Origin: Rhodosorus marinus CCMP1338
Taxonomy: Eukaryota; Plantae; Rhodophyta
Length of the DNA: 64,000 bases
Reading direction: 5' to 3'
Assembly (NCBI GenBank): GCA_029953675.1
Contig: JAMWBK010000010.1
Span: 1,612,001 to 1,676,000 of the forward strand
Part shown: positions 24,966 to 37,675 of the stretch, piece after piece
How positions within the stretch are numbered: the stretch's first letter is position 1
Layout: every line of letters starts with the position of its first letter
Program-made: the position numbers and the translations under genes
The notes under the pieces: model-generated
Seen by the model: only the letters and a program-made list of their open reading frames with translations
The model's database searches: none
Told to the model about the DNA's origin: nothing

Positions 24966-26007
24966 AGCTGCTCTGAATTTGGATTGCTGTGCCTCTCACC
25001 CATGATATTGGTATCCACAGAAACAGCTCCGGGCCCCTAAAAGGTCGAGCGCTCTCAATGGAGTTGGCTTCCCCGATCCAAACACCGCTGAAATCTTAGC
25101 ATCCAACTCGTGATTGGTCAGCCGGGTGCACATTCCAGAACGCTGCGAAGCTCAGGGTGTTGCCAGTACGATATAGCGCTCACAGCCTTCACGTAAAGGT
25201 GAGAGCTTCTGGACTGAGCTTCACTCGACCGAAGATTTTAGCTCATCCACCGTAAGCACTGTTCATATGCTCCGTTTTGATAATGGAGGAGTTGAAAAGG
25301 AACGGAGCAGAAATAATGATGGAATGAAGGAACAGTAAACTAAATTCTCTTCTCGTCCTCTGCTTGCACCAACAACCTAACGAGAGGATTGCGAACACAC
25401 GAGCTGTAGGATTTTTGAGCATCCGACAATCGCGGAGTGCTTCGTCCGCAGTTGCTTTTTAAGCATACTTGCTTTTCCAGAAACCCAATTCACGAGCGCA
25501 GGGCGGCCTCTATATGCATCCTTCTTGCGCACGACGGCCTCATTGCCTTCCGTTTGACTCTAGATTGCTAATATGAAGCTAATAACTAGGACATGACAGG
25601 AGCAAACCCTCTCCACGCAAGCTGAATCCCCACTCAACTGGATGAGGAGTGCGAGCCTAGCAGAGGAAAAAGTAACTCCATTCATCGACGTTATGCAGAG
25701 AATGCTTTCTGCTGTGACAACCATAAACAATACAGGTAAATAAGTTTTTCTTCGTTATTTTATTGCACATATTCTATATCACTGAGGAGGCTCTATTTGC
25801 AGATATAGGACGGCCTGGGAGGATAGGAGGGATGGGGATGGAGGGTGACGCTAGTCTCGGGAGGAAAGGAATGGTTATAGGTTGTGGAGACCGGAAAACG
25901 TGAGAACTACTTTGTAAAGAATAGTTGTAAGGCTCGCGGTAAGTCAATTTGACTTGAGGAAGTGTGTTGCAGGAGTGAGAAGCTTCTGTCTTCTAATATC
26001 CGTTATC

Positions 26008-26558
26008 ATGAGTAAGTGGAAGCCGTTTCCCGTTGATCCGACAAAAATACCGTCGGCGGTGCCACCGCTGTACCCAGGTGATCTAACGGAGACAAACTGG
26101 GTGCCACCGGCCTTCAAATGGATGAAAAGAATGAGTCCGAACCTATCCGTGTTTATCGGAACGAGCGTTCTGGTCGTTGTCCCGACCTCGTTGTACTATT
26201 TCCTCTGGCTGAATACAAGTAGGCACTCTCTTCAAAGTCTGCTCTCTCTGCTTTCATGTACCACCTTTGGGAAATGTGACACTCGTTAAACTGCAAAACG
26301 CGGTGCAGTATTAAGTTTGGAACATATTCTGGATGTGCAAGGACATTCTTTTGCATGCTAGAGCGTTCTCACTCACAGGGAGTCTTTTTTTTTAAACTGC
26401 TAGGGACTCTTCCCGAGAGTATGTCGAAGGAATGGCGCGACGAAACAGAGAGGCAGTTCCGCGAGGGGAAGCAACAGAGATCATATGGTCTGGACAAAGT
26501 ACAGATCGAACCTATTTCACAGTTCATGAAGGAGGGAAAGCACAGGCAGCAGAAGTGA
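26008..26558 (+). CDS. Cytochrome c oxidase subunit 4-like protein; 2 exons
   Basis: One TM helix (VFIGTSVLVVVPTSLYYFLW), intron 26219-26403, then TLPESMSKEWRDETERQF...IEPISQF, matching the COX4 pattern P-x-T/S-x3-EW...PI. Confidence 0.55.
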
Positions 26559-26948
26559 ACCCTTGCCAATCTCAGGGATGCGTGGAGCACTCCGATAAAA
26601 CTAATTGGGTTGGGGTTCAGGTCATCCCCCCGATGCTCCACCAACCAGGAGTACTTACTAGAGTGGTTCTAGTTAGTAAACAAAAGTTTCAGTACACTTC
26701 GTTAGCCTGGTCAAGTGAATTCTCTTGAAGAACTCCATCTTCTGGGACACTTGTGTGACCTTCCCCCATGCCGTTCCGACCTCAGAGGCAAAGAATTGGT
26801 TCAAGCATTACTACATCGAAGTGTGCCGTGAAAAGCCTCTGAGCCGTCGCCCTTGGCTGCAGTATTGAATCCCGGTGAGACATATTGACAGTATGCCTGT
26901 TCGACTAAAGCACGTTGTCTTCAGGTGAAGAGCACTAAAGCTCTGCAC

Positions 26949-27009
26949 GGATCTGACGATCACAGTTTAGGTCTACCGGATCTGATACTCACAGTTTAGG
27001 TCTACCGGA
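26949..27009. repeat. 29-bp tandem duplication
   Basis: ggatctga(cga/tac)tcacagtttaggtctacc occurs twice, followed by gga. Confidence 0.7.
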
Positions 27010-28159
27010 GGTGGGTCGCAACAAACGCAATTTTATCGCACTGGTAGGTACCCCACCGTAAACCGTTTAGCTCTGAAGAATAGCTCGACAAGCCAGCCCC
27101 CCAGAAAAGATTAACGGGTTGCTTTGTGATATGTATTTTTGGCGCTCTTTTCGGAAGCTTTGGCTTTCTACAGTTTAACCATAGCCCTAACCCCAGGAGC
27201 TCATGATGCTTCCAGAAAACAACGGGGCACGTGGAACACCCAATCCATTTTTTTCTAGTTCCATATTTCAACAGCAAAATATTTTTTGGGATTCTGAGAA
27301 CAGATTTGAGGGCTACCAGGATTCCTCCGCGGCGTTTGCGAGCAGTTTTTGAAGGTCGTTTTTGTTGGGATTCCGCGATTCTCTGGAAACTCGCGAGTTC
27401 TGCCCCAGAGGGATTTCTGTTTAGCGAAATTTGTAGCTAAATATTAGACATGCTGATTGGGGCCGACTGAGGGGTTTGGAATGCCTCTCCGACGGAGAAC
27501 ATAGAGTTGCTTATCGAGAGGCTTTGTCCTGGATGAAAACCGTGTAGCAGGAAACTCAAGCGAGAACTGTGAAAGAGAAGGATACTGGACCTTGTCCGCC
27601 TGCGATCCGTGCAGCGGTGGTATTCTCCCTACCCGCAGAAAGTAGCATTCACAATTCTTTGCGGCCCGGTCCAAAACCAGAATTCTCGAAGGATTCTGCC
27701 GAAGGGACGGAGAAAGTGCTGATCAGCTTCTTAGCCGAAATCTGACAGGCTACGAGCGATCGAAGATACGTCAGCAAAAGGGAAAGGGCTCCTTTGGTTA
27801 GGTCAGACCATCAGATGTACGTTCGTTCCTCTCCGGAAGCTTTTTCCTGGACCACGAGTATTTGGTTTTGACAACGCTTTGCCTTGCCTTGCAGAAACTG
27901 GAGCATGGAGTAAACCTCGCACTCCATTGCCCAGATCTGTATCCAGGAGTTCAGATACCTTGCTTCCGTTATGGGTAAGCGAAATGAAATAGACCTTTCA
28001 TCTCTGTTGTCGTTCGAGGAAGGTCCTGCGAGAGAGTAAGCGTGAACCCATTCTCCAATACTGGCTAGCATCTTTTGGTTCGTGGAGCTCGGGCATTGCT
28101 CTGCTTAAGTTCGTTCCAGGTTTCAGTACGCTAGACAAACAATTGGCTTTGGACATGTA

Positions 28160-30397
28160 GTGCTCACGATACTCCGCCGGCTCGGATCCTTTGGTTCCAC
28201 CTTGCTTAGGTTTGATGATCTCTTGGCGGAGTTGACCGTGAATTCCAGACCCGTAATACACTTTTTAACTTCTGTAGCCGCCGATAACTCTGCACACGTC
28301 AACGCGATTTCTTTCGTGCTTGAATGGCGTATCTACCACTCTTCGTCGGACAAGAGGTTGCCCCTCTTGTACTTGTTGGACTCCATCGTAAAGAACGTTG
28401 GGTATGCGTATAATAGTCGGATCGCGGAGAACATTGTGGAAACCTTCACCAATGCGTATGAGTTCTCCTCGCTTGAGTTGCGGCAAGTCATGAAGACGCT
28501 TCTAAACACGTGGTTTGGACTGTTCGATACAAGTATCTGTGACGCCATATTAGTGCGTCTGAATGAGATGGATAAGGCAGGAGTGAAAGCTGGTTTAGTA
28601 TATGTAAACCCGCGAGCTTTGAGAAAGCCTGCCGGTTTGAAGCAAATTCAACAAAAGAAAATTCTCGAGCAGAAGCTGCGCGTGTCACGAGCTAAGCAGA
28701 AAGCAGATCCGAAGGCCATCCGCGGAGACGACTCGAACCCGAATGTGAGTTCGCATTCACACAGGCATACAATTGTTTTCTGTTCCTCCCTAACAGATTA
28801 CACTCTTTCTTTTCGAATGTCAAGGTGGTGGAGGTTGATGACAATGATGGTGCATTATCGCTACGTGTCGATGTAGGTTTTGCACAACTATGGAAGAATA
28901 AACTGCTAATAACCAGAGCGCGAGGCTTCGTTTTGTTTAACAAAAGCTCTGTTCTACGCTCGCCCTCAGGGGATGGACTACAACAATGTTGAGAGGCAAA
29001 CTGAAAATTTGGTCAAGGAGATAGCAGAGGGTTTGTTGAAGAAAGAACAGCCCTCTGAGGAAAAGATTACTAAGCTGAAGAGGTTGGTGAACTACCAACT
29101 CAAGAGAGCAAAAGATGATATGACTATCGAAGGGCTTAACGCCTTGGTTGTCATGATTCGACAACTGGAAGGCGACAAAAAAAGTGAAGAGCCATCGCAG
29201 ACTTTAGCCACGCCCGACAAGGATGGTCCTGCTGAACAATCCGAACAATGGAAGGAGGGAGCGCAGCTCGACGAGCAGGACGGTAGACAATCAGATTCAC
29301 CTGATAGCAGAGCGATCGCAGTTGCGACGGACAATGTAAGCAAGAACAACGGCGGATTCTGTGTTGGAGAGGGAGGTCAACAAGCGCGATCACAGGTAGC
29401 AGCTGAGCATGAAGTCACTGGCGCAAGCTATGGCATGGGCCCCGGTCAATCGGAAGTGGTGAGCACTTCTCACCAGGGATCATCGATAGACCCTGCTCAG
29501 ATCGCCTCCCTTTTGTCGCAATCGGTGACCGGAGGCGCCCAAATAACGCCGTCTAGCTCTGGGACTGCAGCACAAAGTGGATCGCATAATCAATTGGGTG
29601 GAATTCTGCCTCTCAGTGCTGTGGACGCTGAAAGGCTTGGTACCTTGTCCGCGCTTGCCTCAAGCGCTGGTGTCACCCCCGAGACTTTGATCCAGCTGTT
29701 GGAGATGACACAAGGACAACCGCAGATAGCCCCGTTGCAGGCGCAGCCAGTTGGACTACAGCAGAGTGTACCTGTCCAACAACAATCATCGCCGGCCTCC
29801 GCTGACAGCTTGGTGTCTATGCTACAGAAGCAACTGTCCTCGTTGCTTGACCCGAGTGCCCAGAACGCTGCTGATTTCATGGGAGCTATGATGCAGGGGT
29901 CGGCGCAGTATGTCGTTCCTACAAATGCTGGAAACCCAGCACCTACAATCGTGAAAGCGGATCAGGCAGGGGCGCTCTGGGGCCAAGCGCCCTCTTCAAT
30001 TCAACATTCGATGGCTCCTCATGCCCAGTATTCGGCTACTGGAGGTTTTCCGTTCGCGAACCTCCAAGGGCAACTGCCATTCTCGACGGATCCCAAAGTA
30101 GCGATAGCAGAAAACGGTACAGCGAAGAACGAAGTACGAACTGATGCACCAGCCGGTTCGAAAAGGAAAGAATCCCGAAGAGACCGAGCAAAGGGGAGCT
30201 CCGCGGGAAAGAGGCATGCGAAAAAGTCTGGAAAAGGTCGCAACCGAAATTGGTCGCGATACCGACGGGAGACGCACGCTGACGCTGACGAGGGAGCCGA
30301 AGACCCCGAGGGCTGGTTGGCAGCCCTTCAGGAGCAGCAGGAACAGCTCGGTGATGAGGAAGATGGTGAAATTGTTGAGGAAGGAGAAGTGGAATAG
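28160..30397 (+). CDS. PCF11: PCF11-like CID-domain polyadenylation/termination factor (start approximate, intron-containing)
   Basis: LAELTVNSRPVIHFLT...KRLPLLYLLDSIVKNVG...LLNTW is the PCF11 CID signature, followed by a long Q/S/G-rich region and a basic/acidic tail. Confidence 0.7.
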
Positions 30398-32034
30398 CGG
30401 TTGAAGGACTCTGGACATCTGCTCTGCTTTTAACTACGAACTAACTTGAGCTTTAGGACCGTGGCACCCGGCGTACGAATTAAGGTTGCTTTGCACACTT
30501 GAGGATGTCGCGATCTCGGGTGGTTGTATATCGCTATTATGCCTAAAAGCTGTGACTGATAATCGGTTAACGCTAAATTTCGACTCTCGACGGTTGTCGC
30601 ATCTTTCTCGACAAGCCAGACTCTGCCTGCCAAGACTCATTCGCCAGACCTGTGATTCTGCGATTTGTATTAGCAAGGATTAGCAGTGCTGACGTGGGAC
30701 CCCGCCTTGCGAGCTGCTTACATCCGCAGCAAAGCGTTTCCCCTCGAAGCTTTTATGCGTATATGCGTTTAGAGGTCAGAATTCGTCGACACAACCTTTT
30801 CTCAATCTCATTTCGAATTGCGTAAGGGGACATGGAACAACTGTGGCTGGCGCGGCTTTCTCATTAGAACTGGGAAGCTACTCGTCTTTATTTGACTTCC
30901 TGGTAGCTCGTCCGCAACTGGCTCCACGCGAAAGCAGCTGTTGGTGGCATAAATTTCTCCTGTTAAAACTGTACTCTCCTCCTCAGACCTGCCTACTTTT
31001 TCTGCAACGGGAAGTAGTCGTGCTTGTCGGGAAGAAATCGGATAATTCACACGATTTCCCACGGAGTTGCTCAAATGCTCAGTGCTTACTAATTCATTTG
31101 GTTCCACATAGAGTTCTCCGGGGCTGGTGTTAAATTTATCACCCAACTGAGAAGCAAAGCACCGATTGCAGACTGAAATAAGAAGAACTGCAGAGAACAT
31201 CAACAGTTTCTAGAGCAAAAATCCTAAATCAGGATTTGAGGTATCCCTCATCCCTTTACTCAGAGCAAACTACCTTGAGAAGGCAGACACAAGATGTTAA
31301 CGACGACGCGCGTCATCAGCGTCTTATTTCTCGCTTCTCAGGGTAGTTAGGCTCTGGCTAAACGGACGGAATGACGGCGCGTCAAACAATAACCCGCGGT
31401 TGATCCCACGGAGTCAAAGACAGTTCCGTGAGGAGGCTATCAAGACGTCTTGGGTCGCTTCGAAAGAGATACACGAAGCCAACAAGAAACTGTGCTATCA
31501 ACTAAGCTATAGCGCTCAGCGATGAAAGGAACAAAGAGATATAATAATGCCGAGTCGCGAAGCGCAGAGTGTCACATTTCGTAACTGGACTCTTTCAATT
31601 GCCTCCTTGACCGACCCATCCGCGTTTTAGTGCGGCTGAAACTGGCATTTGTATAGGTTGGCATCCTAGTCGGCCAACCATTCGCGAAATGCTGCCAAAT
31701 GGTTTCTGCGTAGTTCAGGTACACAAGCGACTAGAGCACAGGACAGCTGTTAAGACCAAGAGAAAGTCTGGTCATTACAAGAGGGTGGCTTGAAACACTG
31801 TGTAGTTCCAAGATCGAGGCAGGCAAGGAGCGAGAAAGATATGCTGATTCACTGACGAGAAATAATAATAATAAATGAAGAAGTTGGCTAAAGACCACAG
31901 TTTAAGAAAACAGATTGGTTATGGCTCCTCTTCATAATATGTTTTTTTGCTCGATTGCAGAATTGCTCGGAACGGTATAGAACTACAGGATGATGACCAT
32001 TGCGTTTGCTGGCTGCTGTTACCATCTTGGTTTT

Positions 32035-32135
32035 GGCGGTTTAGTTATCTATGCCGAAAGTGGACGGCGGTTTAGTTATCTATGCCGAAAGTGGACGGCG
32101 GTTTAGTTATCTATGCCGAAAGTGGACGGCGGTTT
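32035..32135. repeat. 31-bp minisatellite, 3 perfect copies + 8 bp
   Basis: GGCGGTTTAGTTATCTATGCCGAAAGTGGAC x3 without spacers. Confidence 0.9.
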
Positions 32136-32287
32136 CTGCGGGCGTTCCAGCGTCAGAAAAAGGATGGTTATGGTCTTAGTCGTTTCGCTAGGAACTCGTT
32201 AGAGCGGGAAAGCGGTCGAAAGCTCCACCACGCACTCTGAGAATTGTATTTCCAAAAAAATTCGTAACCGCTATCCAACAGGACAAC

Positions 32288-32535
32288 ATATTTTCTTAGA
32301 ACGTGTCCCTTTTTTTTTTAAAGAACTCGTCCATAGCGCGGCTGAACAACGAGTGCTGCGGAGATCTGCAGGGTTCTGCGGAAACGACTGAACCGACGGT
32401 GCTCGCATTCGGACCATATTTTCTTCGAGTGTGTCACTTTAGAAACTCGTCCGAATAGCGGCTCGAGAACTAGTGCCGCGGAGGTCTGCGGGGTTCTGCG
32501 GAAACAGCTGAACAAACTGTGCTCGCATGCGAACC
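32288..32535. repeat. Diverged direct repeat of about 125 bp (2 copies)
   Basis: Shared blocks atattttctt, aactcgtcc, gggttctgcggaaac and gtgctcgcat appear twice in the same order. Confidence 0.65.
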
Positions 32536-32961
32536 AACAGAGCCGACGCTAGGTAGCAAGATCTCGCAACGGACGGCAGGGCCTGCTGATGCGTTTCGAG
32601 GATATGCATGTCATTTCATCAAAGCAAGTCCCTTCAACTGAAATGATCCCAACCCTTTAGTTTCTTGGAAGTTGGATTCCAAGACATTAAAAAGGACTAC
32701 TCAGGCGTTTTGGGCCAGAACTCTGTTTCGCTTCTGAGTCAGCTGATTGATGGCTAAGATTCGTTGCTGCCGAACAGGAGTTGAAGTTGACGGGGGGCTT
32801 TTAAATAGGTCAGTGAGGGGGACGGGGCAGCCACGAGCGTGTGCGCTTCCACAGTTCAGAGCTTTTAGTTCAGAGGAAGGGACTTGTGGAGCAATATGGA
32901 AAGTTGAGTGGCAATTAGCGGGTTTGGTTTCGAACGTTCAAAACACTTGGCTCTTGTTGCG

Positions 32962-34803
32962 ATGCAGTTGACAGCCAGCAGTTTCACCGTTGTAACAGAT
33001 GGACAAGTTGTCCTTGGGGGTTTCAACGGTGTGCGAAAGATTGTTTGCTCTGTGGGTGCTGGAGCCAGGAAAATCGCGATTCTCGAGGAGTTGCTAGGTA
33101 GTACAAGCAGCGCGATTGGGGAGACTTGGGAACATGGCCACGTCGCGAGGGGTTTCATTTCCAATGATATCGGAGTTCTTGACGTTATAGGGCTAGATGG
33201 TGGTGGGGCCGAAATAGGAGACCCCTCAACGGAGGAGGAGGGCGAAATCTGGGAAACCCGAGCGAATCTCTTTGCTCTTCTTGGTGCGGACGTTATTCTG
33301 TTGAACTTGAGCATTAACGACGTCGCGAGGAGGGATGGATCATATTTCCAACTCATCAACCGTGCACAAGAGTTAGGGCGCGTTGGAGACGTTTTCGTTC
33401 TGCTGCACGATTACGACGAGAGGACACGAGAGGAGAAGCTAAAGTCAATGGTCTTGGATAGGCTTTCAGTGGAGATTGAACCAGATAGGGTCTTTATCGC
33501 CCCCCATTCAAAATACATGAAAGCGGAATTTAAGGCCAGCCTAGCACAAGCGAGGTCATATGTGCTATCGTGCATTGGAAAACAGTCGGATTCGGAGCAG
33601 CCTGCGCGCTTGCAGCTTGCATGGGAACTGTCCCGGGCTGGTTCAGTTCCTCTCACTTCTAGGATGCTGTCGCTGGCTGTCTGGAGTGACGAATCTGCAC
33701 ATCAGCTGCTTCGAGGCCTGTCTAGCTCTTTGGAATCTATTCAGTTGAGCTCGGGGGAGGTTGGCAAGCGGCTATCGGAGACGCGCATGAGTCTGCTCGC
33801 GGAGTTTTCCGCTGGCTTGTGGTGTAACCCATTGTGTGAGCCCTGCTTCGCGATGGAAAAGGTTGCTGAATTCAACGAGAATGTTGAGGGAATAGTGACA
33901 CAGTTCTTTTCGGATCACCTAAGCCGTGTTAAGTACAATCTCGTGACCAAAGCGAAGTCGCGTCTGAATAGAAAACCCGAAAGAGACTCTGACATACCCT
34001 TCAGCACACACTACAGGATGGTTCTTCGCCAAGCAGTCGCCGAATTCGACTACCGTGCTGACCGAGGCAGCATGGACTGCTTGCGTGAGCCTCTTTTGCT
34101 AGCGAGAAAGATTCTATTGACGGAAATAGAAATGATGGCAGTTGGCTGCCGAGAGACTCGAGCGGAAATCACAGAACGTTCAGCTGTGGAAAGATTTCGG
34201 GCCACTTTCGAAACCGAACTAGGTCTGAGGCATCCTGTGGAGACCGCGTCTTTAACCTACTGGTCCGAGGTTACGAGCACAGCTCGAACGGTTTGGAGAG
34301 GAGTCGAAGAGCACCTGCAATATGCCCTCGACTATGAAATGTTGGGATTCCAACCATCTGAGGTATCGCGGCGAGTGGCAGACATATCAGTGTCTTGCCA
34401 TACTGTTGCGGTGAATGTGTGCCGCGCAGCATGTGGTAGCGAGAGGGTTTTTTCAAATAAGCTTAGAGAGGTATTGCGGGCTCGTATGCCGGATCGGTGG
34501 CCAGCCACCCTAAGTTTTCCCCAGCAGGTCAGAGAAATTGCAACAACTACTGGCCTGAGGATAGCCCTGTTCAGCTTTGTTCTGTTGGGTCAGCTGAAGG
34601 AAGTTCTTGGGCAACCGCCGCCGCCGATCGTTGAGCACTTCTCGGCGGAGGCTCGTGAGAGGTTGGTACAGGATCTTACACGATCTGCTGAGGCTGAAGG
34701 ACGAAGGGCACTCTTCGACCAACTCGGCCACGGACTTGAGTTTGCCCGCACGCTCGCGTCTGTTGTTGTTGGCGTTTCGAACACCGTGTCCATGATTCGA
34801 TAG
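32962..34803 (+). CDS. RHD3/Sey1 (atlastin-like) family protein with degenerate GTPase motifs
   Basis: LDVIGLDG, WETRANLFALLGADVILLNL and VLLHDYD align with Sey1 [28 protein letters not shown] and FVIRD; a long helical stalk follows. The P-loop position reads SVGAGARK. The C-terminus may continue in a short extra exon. Confidence 0.6.
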   Translation: MQLTASSFTVVTDGQVVLGGFNGVRKIVCSVGAGARKIAILEELLGSTSSAIGETWEHGHVARGFISNDIGVLDVIGLDGGGAEIGDPSTEEEGEIWETRANLFALLGADVILLNLSINDVARRDGSYFQLINRAQELGRVGDVFVLLHDYDERTREEKLKSMVLDRLSVEIEPDRVFIAPHSKYMKAEFKASLAQARSYVLSCIGKQSDSEQPARLQLAWELSRAGSVPLTSRMLSLAVWSDESAHQLLRGLSSSLESIQLSSGEVGKRLSETRMSLLAEFSAGLWCNPLCEPCFAMEKVAEFNENVEGIVTQFFSDHLSRVKYNLVTKAKSRLNRKPERDSDIPFSTHYRMVLRQAVAEFDYRADRGSMDCLREPLLLARKILLTEIEMMAVGCRETRAEITERSAVERFRATFETELGLRHPVETASLTYWSEVTSTARTVWRGVEEHLQYALDYEMLGFQPSEVSRRVADISVSCHTVAVNVCRAACGSERVFSNKLREVLRARMPDRWPATLSFPQQVREIATTTGLRIALFSFVLLGQLKEVLGQPPPPIVEHFSAEARERLVQDLTRSAEAEGRRALFDQLGHGLEFARTLASVVVGVSNTVSMIR

Positions 34804-35689
34804 GTGTGGAATACATAGCAGTTCACTAGTCGTTTGGGGTGATATTCTTCTACGAGCAGGTGCTCGTAGAAGAATACCTTCCAAGTCAACTGCGCGGGAC
34901 TAGTCTTTGATTCCCCTCATACGTCTTACTACTTGTATATAAAAAGATCCAATATCTACGAAGGGAGTCGGCATTTATCATGTACCGAGATCGGGGCTGT
35001 GGGCTGTCTGCAATTTCTTGCGTGCCTATCTTAGAAAGAAAACGGTGCCTTGGGTGAAACACTTGAATAGTGGCGTAACTCTAAGTGTGTCTAGTAGTAT
35101 TGGTAATTTCTTTCTGGTTGAGATAAGATTGACACGTGCGTCGTCATATCACCTCGTAGTTGCGCACAAATTCTGTGAGGAAAGTGCAGGTGGTCCGCTG
35201 CGCTTCGAAACTCTCGCATGGATGGACTTAGGCTACTGGCTGCAGATAGTAGCAAGGGCCAAAGTTGTCCCTGTATTCGAGTCCTACGTTAGAAACGCAA
35301 GGCTCGAGTCTGAGCCGAACAGGACCATTTCCAGCTTTGCACGAATATCGCTGTACTGATTGGACGGCTATGAAGTTCACTATGAGCTATGCACCAATCT
35401 CGTCCCGTAAGATTTTAATAGAAGTATCACGAGATTTAATTGGCTTTTCTTGATTGCTAATCGGATTAGTTCGCTGTCATTCGCTTTCCTGCCGTTTTAT
35501 ACCGCCAATTGGTCGATCTCCGCTGAGCGCGATCGTATAAGGGAACCGTAGTTTCGCACTACTTCAAAGGACTTTCTTTGAGACTGTGGTTCATCCTGAT
35601 GCGAGCTAGCTTGCAGCGTGCAAAATGTGCTGAGTATACACGGGGTTCTTGAGCCTTTGCAATTACTAGTTTGTTCTCTGTGTTTGAGG

Positions 35690-36169
35690 ATGGGTCCTCC
35701 AGGACGCTATCGGTTTCCGAAGGATATATATGCTCCAACGGGTCAGTTTTGGGCTAACCCTCGGAATTGGAGGAGGAACACGGCTTTGAGTATCGCAGGT
35801 ATGGCCGTTGCTTACCTGTGGCTTATAAAGGTTGGTATGGATCACGAGGTGAGTTTCAAGTAGTCAATTGTACACATCAAGGCAATCTTTTACGGGAAAT
35901 TGAGGAGGCGTGCGTTTTACCGCACCCTCCCAAGCTTCGTATTAGATGCTTTGTGTTTAAAAAAACAAAAGAGGAGAAAGCGGTGTTCGGATTTTCGAAG
36001 CTAACTCTTTGTCGTTTCTGTTTGGTAGGTACTGGCTAGACCCCCAAGGAAGAAAGTGCCGTGGAGGCCGAACTTGAAACCTGTGCCGTATGGAGAGGAC
36101 CCGTGGGCTCCAGAAAACCAGCGCAATTATGAAGGAGGACAGATGGACGATGCGAAGTCGCCGGAATAA
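35690..36169 (+). CDS. Small single-TM mitochondrial protein, similar to a fungal/algal complex I accessory subunit (NUUM-like); 2 exons
   Basis: MGPPGRYRFPKDIYAPTGQFWANPRNWRRNTAL resembles the YPKxVWSPxGGW..PxNW..NT family. Intron 35849-36028 (GTGAGT...CTAAC...TAG); exon 2 VLARPPRKKVPW...SPE*. Confidence 0.5.
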
Positions 36170-37675
36170 TGGCCGCTTGACTATTTATATGCAGCGATTC
36201 GATCAACCTTTCCATTATCTTTTGTTTGTTTGTTGCCGTTAGCCGACGATGAACGTGGAGCCGTCGAACTCAAGTTCTAGTGACTAATAAAATCAGGTCT
36301 CCGCGGGATCCGAAAATTCTAGTCTTTCGGTGGAGCCTCATAACGGTGGAAATTAGGGACGCGAGGTTGTTAACCGTACCACACGGTCCATAGAATATGC
36401 TTTACATGCACTCAACACTCACTTGAAGTCGGTTGAGGTACGAGAGGGATTGGAGGAAAGCGCGTCTTCTCCGAGTATCAGTTGGAGTGAAGTACTGAAC
36501 TGAGGCAGTCGGAAAAGACGATCAAGCAGAACGAGCGGTTTGCTGTTCCTTCTGAATCTATATGAACGCTTAACTTCTATTCGTTCACCCCAGCAGTTGC
36601 GTACGAAAATTGTTGGGAGAGGTTCTTCGTCGGAAAGGAGTCGTCACACACAAGGGGACAAGCTGTGAGACTCGCACACAGCAGTGACAAAAGATGTGAC
36701 AGCTGTTTTTCTTCTTGATTGACTCACGGGCATTCGCAGCGGCAAGCACCACTTACTCAGAGGGCCACGCCCCCGCTCTCCAGAGCACCTTAAGTATACG
36801 TCATGCTGTTGCAATTTGGATCCCGAGCGACGTGGCTTATGAGTTCCTTGACAACACAGTGAAACGGGCAATATGCTACTGACCTCACCAGTCAAAGCAA
36901 ATACTGTCTGGCTTCTCCTGCTCATTAGTCCGCACGCCTGGAGACTAGCATTTTGGTTCAATTGAACTTTGCCTGACGAAAACGAGATTGTAGACGGCTT
37001 TGAGTTGTTTATGGCGATCCCGCAATCAGAGATTTTGCAGAGGAAATTCTCACCCTCTCGATCTGAATGCGAGTGACTTCCAGCAAAAGCATGTATCGGG
37101 GTTTGGTTTCAGGATCGCTTTAGTTGACAATGTCACACGCACATTGAGAGGCTCAAAAAGGCGCAAAAGAGCCTTTAACAGAAGAAGGGAAACCAGCTTG
37201 ACTATTTACGTCCAACTGGTTGCATGGCGAGGTAACGGCTTGTCGCAGCAAATGAGAGGCGTTCAAAATTGCATCTAGGAGAAGGACCTATGTTCCTCGC
37301 GTTGTTGAGCCCGCAGCCGGCCTGCTAGCCTACAGCAAATTAAATACGAGAGAGCAGTTTTGAAGACCTCCCGGGGAGAGAAGATACAAGCTCGAGGGTG
37401 ATGAGGAGCCAAGGCCAAGGTGAGCCGTGATGTCATTCAAAGCAAACCGTATCCCGGGAAATCGTGTGGAGGGTGCCCTTCACCCGTTTAATCTCTGCGA
37501 CTTGAAAGTAGTCATGGGCTGAACGCATAGCTTCCTATCTATTAAGGAGCCTTATGAGAGGCGCTGTCCTTTGCGGATGGTTGCATGGACTGAGTGACGC
37601 AACTGTTGTATTCCCCGATCAATCAGCTCGATCTTCTAGCTTCCATTTCAGCAGTGCCGACATATAAGTGCTAAT

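Noticed and set aside
32035-32135. CRISPR-like repeat length (31 bp)
   Set aside because: No spacers, no cas genes, eukaryotic context; a plain minisatellite.
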